From: Alphaproteobacteria bacterium
GTDB lineage: Bacteria > Pseudomonadota > Alphaproteobacteria > JAEUKQ01
Direction: 5' to 3'
DNA: 64,000 bases
Assembly: GCA_016794225.1 (NCBI GenBank)
Contig: JAEUKQ010000001.1
Coordinates: forward strand, 2,062 to 66,061
The notes under the pieces: generated by a model
Databases searched by the model: none
What the model saw: only the letters and a program-made list of their open reading frames with translations
What the model was told of the DNA's origin: nothing
Made by a program: the position numbers and the translations under genes
Shown here: in pieces, positions 59,515 to 64,000 of the stretch
How the letters are laid out: the number at the start of each line of letters is the position of its first letter
Position numbering within the stretch: the first letter of the stretch is position 1

Positions 59515-60297
59515 ATGGCACTTACACCACAACAAAGTTACCAAATAAAGGATTATTTGATTAAAAAGGTCCAAGATAAATTGGCAACTTATAATCCAGA
59601 AACCAATTCCATGCCTTTTCATTTTCGTTTGCTCGGCAAGGATAGGATGGCATTATTTTCTTTTATTCAATCGCTCAATACAATGCTTGGTACTTCAATT
59701 TTTGAACAAGTTGGTAAAATGATTGCTGAACCAAGAGCAAATCGAGCTATTGGTCAATATAAAGAATTTGAAGGTTATATAAGCAGTGAGGCGGCTTTAA
59801 GAATTGATAACATCATGCGTGATTTGTGTTCGGGTTCACGAGACCCAGATAAAGATAAGGAAGTGAATGAAATTTTGGCCGTTGCTGACAAGGGCGATTT
59901 GGGAAACAAGCTCAAGAAACGTGTTGACCTTTTTGTAGAAATGAAAGATGGATCAGAATACTATTTTGAAGTGAAAACGGCTAAACCCAACATTAACGAA
60001 TTTACTAGTATTAAGAAGCAAATGCTTGATTGGATTGCGATGCGTGGAAGCACAAAATTTAAAACAGTTATCAAAACTATAGTTGCCATTCCATATAATC
60101 CTTATGAACCCAAACCTTATCAACGCTGGACTTTGCGAGGATTGCTTGATGTGCACCAAGAACTTTTAGTTGGGTCAGAATTTTGGGATTTGCTGGGTGG
60201 AAAGAATGCCTATGTGGATTTGCTAAACGTTTTTGAGGAAGCTGGCTTAGAGCTCTACGAGGAAATAGACAAAAAAATGAAGAATCTAAAAAACTGA
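59515..60297 (+). CDS. putative type II restriction endonuclease (PD-(D/E)xK fold)
   Basis: 'VDLFVEMKDGSEYYFEVKTAKP' fits D-x(13)-E-V-K. The start is 2 nt after the MTase stop (or overlapping if ATG 59503 is used). Confidence 0.5.
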   Translation: MALTPQQSYQIKDYLIKKVQDKLATYNPETNSMPFHFRLLGKDRMALFSFIQSLNTMLGTSIFEQVGKMIAEPRANRAIGQYKEFEGYISSEAALRIDNIMRDLCSGSRDPDKDKEVNEILAVADKGDLGNKLKKRVDLFVEMKDGSEYYFEVKTAKPNINEFTSIKKQMLDWIAMRGSTKFKTVIKTIVAIPYNPYEPKPYQRWTLRGLLDVHQELLVGSEFWDLLGGKNAYVDLLNVFEEAGLELYEEIDKKMKNLKN

Positions 60298-60575
60298 TAG
60301 AAACACCCCCAATATGTGAAAAATTTTAAAAGTCACAATAGACAGTTATAAAAAGTGTTAATTACCTTTTGAGTTTGAACTGCAATCTCGCTCAAGTTTT
60401 CTTAGCTAAATGAATAGTACAGAGCAGGTTAGAATTTTTGAAGCTATCAATCATCTCTTAGTAGCAGTTTGTGTATTTTTTAGTTCTACAAAAAAGAAAC
60501 CCGTTGATGTTTGATATCGGCACTAGAAATGATACAGTTTCTCTTAAAGTCGATTTTAATATACAATCTATATAA

Positions 60576-61193
60576 TTAACGTTTTCCAGTTTGTTCGTTT
60601 ATCTGTTCGGCGATGTCAGCCAAAATTATGGTTATGTTTTGCTGAAAAGCTTCGACTATCATATTAATCCCCGTACCTTCAGCCAATTGTTGTCGCCGAA
60701 ATGTTTTGGTGAATAGCAGGTGGCGTTTATCAATATCAATGTAATTAACCCGAATTTCGATTGTAACAGTTGGTTTAGTAGGCCAGTTGGCGACATAAAA
60801 AGCTCTGATGTCTGTTTGTACCAAGTAGGTTGCTCTTAACCCCGAGCCTTCCCGGCTAACTGGAACAAACTTTTGGTAGCCTTGAAGACGCTCAACCAAT
60901 AAATCTTGTATTATCTGGGGAATTGTATCAGCCCAGCTAGCCCCCTTCAGGGGTATGATTTCTTGTGATGCTTGGGTCAATAGTATTTTATTGGTATTCA
61001 ATGGATTGACGGCTGTTGACCGTTCTACAACCACAATCGGCACTTCACCTGCAATATGGACCGATTTTCTATTAACTGTTAGGAAATATTGCTGTTCTGG
61101 CTCGGCTTTGGGAAGAATTGAGCACCCTGCTGTGATGCTCAACAGCACCAATCCCAAAAAACATATTCTTTTGCGCATAAAACCTCCTAACAT
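60576..61193 (-). CDS. ABC-transport auxiliary lipoprotein (PqiC/YmbA-like, DUF330-type)
   Basis: Lipobox 'LSITAGCS'. Immediately downstream of the MCE protein gene. Confidence 0.55.
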   Translation of the reverse strand: MLGGFMRKRICFLGLVLLSITAGCSILPKAEPEQQYFLTVNRKSVHIAGEVPIVVVERSTAVNPLNTNKILLTQASQEIIPLKGASWADTIPQIIQDLLVERLQGYQKFVPVSREGSGLRATYLVQTDIRAFYVANWPTKPTVTIEIRVNYIDIDKRHLLFTKTFRRQQLAEGTGINMIVEAFQQNITIILADIAEQINEQTGKR

Positions 61194-61195
61194 GG

Positions 61196-62059
61196 TTACC
61201 GTGGCCCTAGTATTAATTGCGATGGGTCACGCTCTAGTTTTTCGGCAAAACGTTTAAAACTTGCCATAAAATCACGTGCATCGCCAACCAATCCGTTAAT
61301 CTGGCGTAAAATTGACGGCACAAACGCGTCAACTGGATTAAGAACGCTTGTCAGCAGCTGATTAAAATTATTACTAATCTGCTCGACCGTTAGCAAGGTA
61401 TTATGCAAAGCTTGAAGCGACTGATTAATTTGCTGGCTATTCGACAGCTGCATAAGATTATGTGAAAAACCTTTCAAGTCACTTGAAACTTGCTGTAAAT
61501 TTTGCACCAAAGCACCAACCGCCACAGCATTATCCTGGGTTAGCAGTTGGGGAATAAAGCGCCGGAATTCACCCGATATTTCTTTAAAATCTTCGACAAC
61601 AACACTAACATCGTTAATAACTTGCAAAACTTCCTGAAGGCGACCTGGTTTTGCCGTAATTATTGGATAAGGTGTTATGATTGTTGTGGGTAAAAGCTTT
61701 TTACCGTCCGATCCACCTTGCAACAAAATATATGCTATACCGGTTATGCCCTGACTTTCTAGCGAAGCTGTTGCATCTTCATAAAGCGGGGTGCTTGATG
61801 CAATCTTAATCGTAACGCGCACCTTATCAATCTGATTTGGATCAATGCGTACATTATCAACCCGGCCAACCTCAACCCCTCGATACCGAACAACCCCACC
61901 TATTTGCAATCCAGTTACATCCTCCGAAAACAAAATATCGTAATAAGCACTATCACGATCATTTTGTCGGCTGGCTACCCAAAGAAAAGCCATAATCAAG
62001 GCCAAGGAAAGACCAATCACAAAAAAGCCTACAATAACATATCTGGCACGTATTTCCAA
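61196..62059 (-). CDS. MCE/MlaD-family periplasmic substrate-binding protein
   Basis: N-terminal TM. MCE core 'GLQIGGVVRYRGVEVGRVDNVRI'. Long helical C-terminus. Confidence 0.75.
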   Translation of the reverse strand: MEIRARYVIVGFFVIGLSLALIMAFLWVASRQNDRDSAYYDILFSEDVTGLQIGGVVRYRGVEVGRVDNVRIDPNQIDKVRVTIKIASSTPLYEDATASLESQGITGIAYILLQGGSDGKKLLPTTIITPYPIITAKPGRLQEVLQVINDVSVVVEDFKEISGEFRRFIPQLLTQDNAVAVGALVQNLQQVSSDLKGFSHNLMQLSNSQQINQSLQALHNTLLTVEQISNNFNQLLTSVLNPVDAFVPSILRQINGLVGDARDFMASFKRFAEKLERDPSQLILGPR

Positions 62060-62061
62060 AA

Positions 62062-62829
62062 TTACTGCTCCTGATGCAACATGCGGGCTCTATCACCATG
62101 AAAATACTGCCTAATCCATGGGTGCGAGTCTTGTAATAATTCTTTTAAGATACCTACCCGAATTTTTTTATCAACCAAAACACCTATACGATCACAAACT
62201 GTTTTTAGGGAATCCAAATCATGGGTAATCATAAAGACCGTTAAAGACAAGCTTTTTTGCAAGCTAACAATTAATTGATCAAATAGGTTTGCACTAATTG
62301 GATCCAAACCCGAAGTGGGTTCATCTAAAAAAAGAATGGGTGGATCCAAAGCCAACGCCCTTGCTAAGGACGTTCTTTTCCGCATTCCACCTGAAATTTG
62401 AGAGGGCAATTTTTGCAAATCATCCTCATGAAGTCCAACCATCATCAATTTTAGCCTGGCTATTTCCTTAATCTTACTTGCCGGCAAGCGGCTATATTCA
62501 AGCAGTGGCGTCTCAACATTTTCAAGCAGGCTTAGGGAACTAAAAAGTGCCCCATTTTGAAACATAACCCCCCAAGGACGTTTTCCATCTCGCTTAAGTA
62601 AATCGTTTATCGGTTGACCTAAAATTTTGATTTCACCTGCATATGGCGGCTGAAGACCAATAATTGTTCTAAGCAACACAGATTTGCCCGATCCGGAACC
62701 ACCAACAATACCAAGTATTTCACCTTTTTCAACCTGTAGGTCTAAATGATCATGGATTAGTTTACTGCCAAAGCCGGTAACGAGACCTTGAATATCAATT
62801 GCATATGTTTCGATATTATCAGACACCAT
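62062..62829 (-). CDS. MlaF-like ABC transporter ATP-binding protein
   Basis: Walker A 'GGSGSGKSV'. Signature 'ISGGMRKRT'. Walker B 'ILFLDEP'. Confidence 0.85.
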   Translation of the reverse strand: MVSDNIETYAIDIQGLVTGFGSKLIHDHLDLQVEKGEILGIVGGSGSGKSVLLRTIIGLQPPYAGEIKILGQPINDLLKRDGKRPWGVMFQNGALFSSLSLLENVETPLLEYSRLPASKIKEIARLKLMMVGLHEDDLQKLPSQISGGMRKRTSLARALALDPPILFLDEPTSGLDPISANLFDQLIVSLQKSLSLTVFMITHDLDSLKTVCDRIGVLVDKKIRVGILKELLQDSHPWIRQYFHGDRARMLHQEQ

Positions 62830-62841
62830 AACCGCCAGGCA

Positions 62842-63993
62842 TTAAACTTTAAGGATTGAAAAAATAACTGAAAAAACAGCATCAAGCATAATAACATAAA
62901 AAATGCTTTCAACAACAGCCCTAGTTGTATTAAGACCAACTTCCTCTGTACTGCCACGAACACGCATACCATGAAAACAACTGACCAAGCCAATAAAGAA
63001 CGCAAATACCGGGGCTTTGATAATCCCTAGCCAAAAACCAGTTGTTGAAACCGCCTGCTGCACCAAATTAACATATTGACCGGGTTCAATATCTAAAATT
63101 ACCCATAACATCAACCCGCCACCCATAATACCCATAAAATTGGCAAAGAAAGTTAACAATGGCAAAACGATAATTAGGGCCAGTATTCTTGGTACAACCA
63201 AAACATCTATCGGATTTAGACCCAAGGTTCGGATTGCGTCAACCTCTTCATTAATTTTCATCGCACCAATTTCTGCTGTAAACGAACTGCCAGATCGCCC
63301 CGCAATAAGAATTGCTGTTATTAAAACCCCCATCTCGCGGGTCATAGACAAAGCAACCAGATTGACCGTAAATATTTCGGCACCAAACTGTGTTAATTGG
63401 TCTACACCTTGGAAAGATAAAACGATCCCGATCAGAAAAGAAAGTAATCCAACAATGGGAAGTGCTTGAATACCACTGCGATCAAGGTGGCTAATTAATG
63501 ATGTCCAGCGTAAGGAAAGTGGTCGAATAAATAGCCTGGTCAGACGGGTTGTAACATAACCCAAAAACCCAAGCAGGTTTAAACTTTGACCGAATAGTTG
63601 AAAAATTTGATAACCAGCCTGATTGATCAGCATGGCAAGCTGCCCTGCTGATTGCGTCACTTGCCTGGAAGGAGGAATGTTTTGCTTAAGATATGCAATA
63701 TTGTTCATTAAATTTCTATGCGTTTCATTTAATCCAATCAACTCCATTTTTTTGGTTTGATCAGATACTTGTGCGCTAATCTTAGATAGTAACAAAACCC
63801 CTGCAGTATCCAACCGATATATCCGCGCACAGTCAATGCCAGTAATATCGTTAAGTGCTAGATGCTTAATTTTGGCCTCGACACGAGCTATTACTGATGT
63901 TGAAAGGCTTTCAATTGTCCAATCACCTATTAAATGAAGCTTGGATTGTTCCAAGCAACAATCGGCCAGTTCAATCTTGGGCTGGCTGCGCAT
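62842..63993 (-). CDS. MlaE-like ABC permease with a fused N-terminal STAS (MlaB-like) domain. The start is near the window edge.
   Basis: The N-terminal 110 aa resemble a STAS/anti-sigma-antagonist fold. The C-terminal part is a multi-TM MlaE-type permease. ATG at 63993. The reading frame is open to the window end. Confidence 0.7.
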   Translation of the reverse strand: MRSQPKIELADCCLEQSKLHLIGDWTIESLSTSVIARVEAKIKHLALNDITGIDCARIYRLDTAGVLLLSKISAQVSDQTKKMELIGLNETHRNLMNNIAYLKQNIPPSRQVTQSAGQLAMLINQAGYQIFQLFGQSLNLLGFLGYVTTRLTRLFIRPLSLRWTSLISHLDRSGIQALPIVGLLSFLIGIVLSFQGVDQLTQFGAEIFTVNLVALSMTREMGVLITAILIAGRSGSSFTAEIGAMKINEEVDAIRTLGLNPIDVLVVPRILALIIVLPLLTFFANFMGIMGGGLMLWVILDIEPGQYVNLVQQAVSTTGFWLGIIKAPVFAFFIGLVSCFHGMRVRGSTEEVGLNTTRAVVESIFYVIMLDAVFSVIFSILKV

Positions 63994-64000
63994 CAATAAC

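Noticed and set aside
57814-60575. Search for a direct repeat of the tRNA-Pro 3' end (att site) or an integrase flanking the R-M pair
   Set aside because: No copy of the tRNA 3' segment and no integrase or transposase ORF was found. The island boundaries therefore remain undefined.
1-64000. CRISPR arrays, rRNA genes, insertion sequences, integrases
   Set aside because: No regularly spaced direct repeats, rRNA-like segments or transposase/integrase ORFs were seen on reading both strands.

Overview
This 64 kb window reads as a chromosomal segment of a moderately AT-rich alphaproteobacterium-like genome, an inference from gene content and gene order. It is mostly densely packed housekeeping genes on both strands: pdxJ, ldh, cbtBA, ispE, ettA, the sbp-cysTWA sulfate importer, putA, accBC, aat, lptFG, a Liv-type ABC importer, pyrE, sppA, ispB and three tRNAs (Gln, Asn, Pro). 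Four accessory regions interrupt it. (1) The most interesting region is a lipid-biosynthesis locus at about 36.1-45.2 kb. It has a bacterial sphingolipid core: a fatty acyl-AMP ligase/acyl-ACP synthetase, a CerR-like epimerase/reductase, serine palmitoyltransferase and a dedicated ACP. This core is joined to a translationally coupled three-gene module on the minus strand: a CDP-alcohol phosphatidyltransferase with an extra N-terminal domain, a DAGK_cat-family lipid kinase, and a protein with the conserved blocks of the mitochondrial Tam41/Mmp37 CTP:phosphatidate cytidylyltransferase. Divergently transcribed from it are a metallophosphoesterase, a HIT hydrolase and lptFG. I read the whole locus as a candidate kinase, CDP-activation and head-group-transfer route to a complex phosphosphingolipid (a possible 'CDP-ceramide' pathway). 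(2) A second lipid-related module at 19.5-24.3 kb has a fatty-acid hydroxylase-family protein, a GNAT-fold N-acyltransferase, two nucleotidyltransferases and a LysR regulator. (3) An AT-rich type II restriction-modification pair (amino-methyltransferase plus a PD-(D/E)xK nuclease) sits directly 3' of tRNA-Pro. (4) There are several secreted Sel1/TPR-repeat proteins. These include a tandem triplicated paralog set and a Sel1 gene that appears fragmented by frameshifts. Other points of note are an asymmetric Liv-type ABC ATPase pair with one degenerate nucleotide site, an orphan tandem pair of small MlaD-like genes, and a complete Mce/Mla-like transporter with a STAS-permease fusion. No CRISPR array, rRNA, integrase or transposase was seen.
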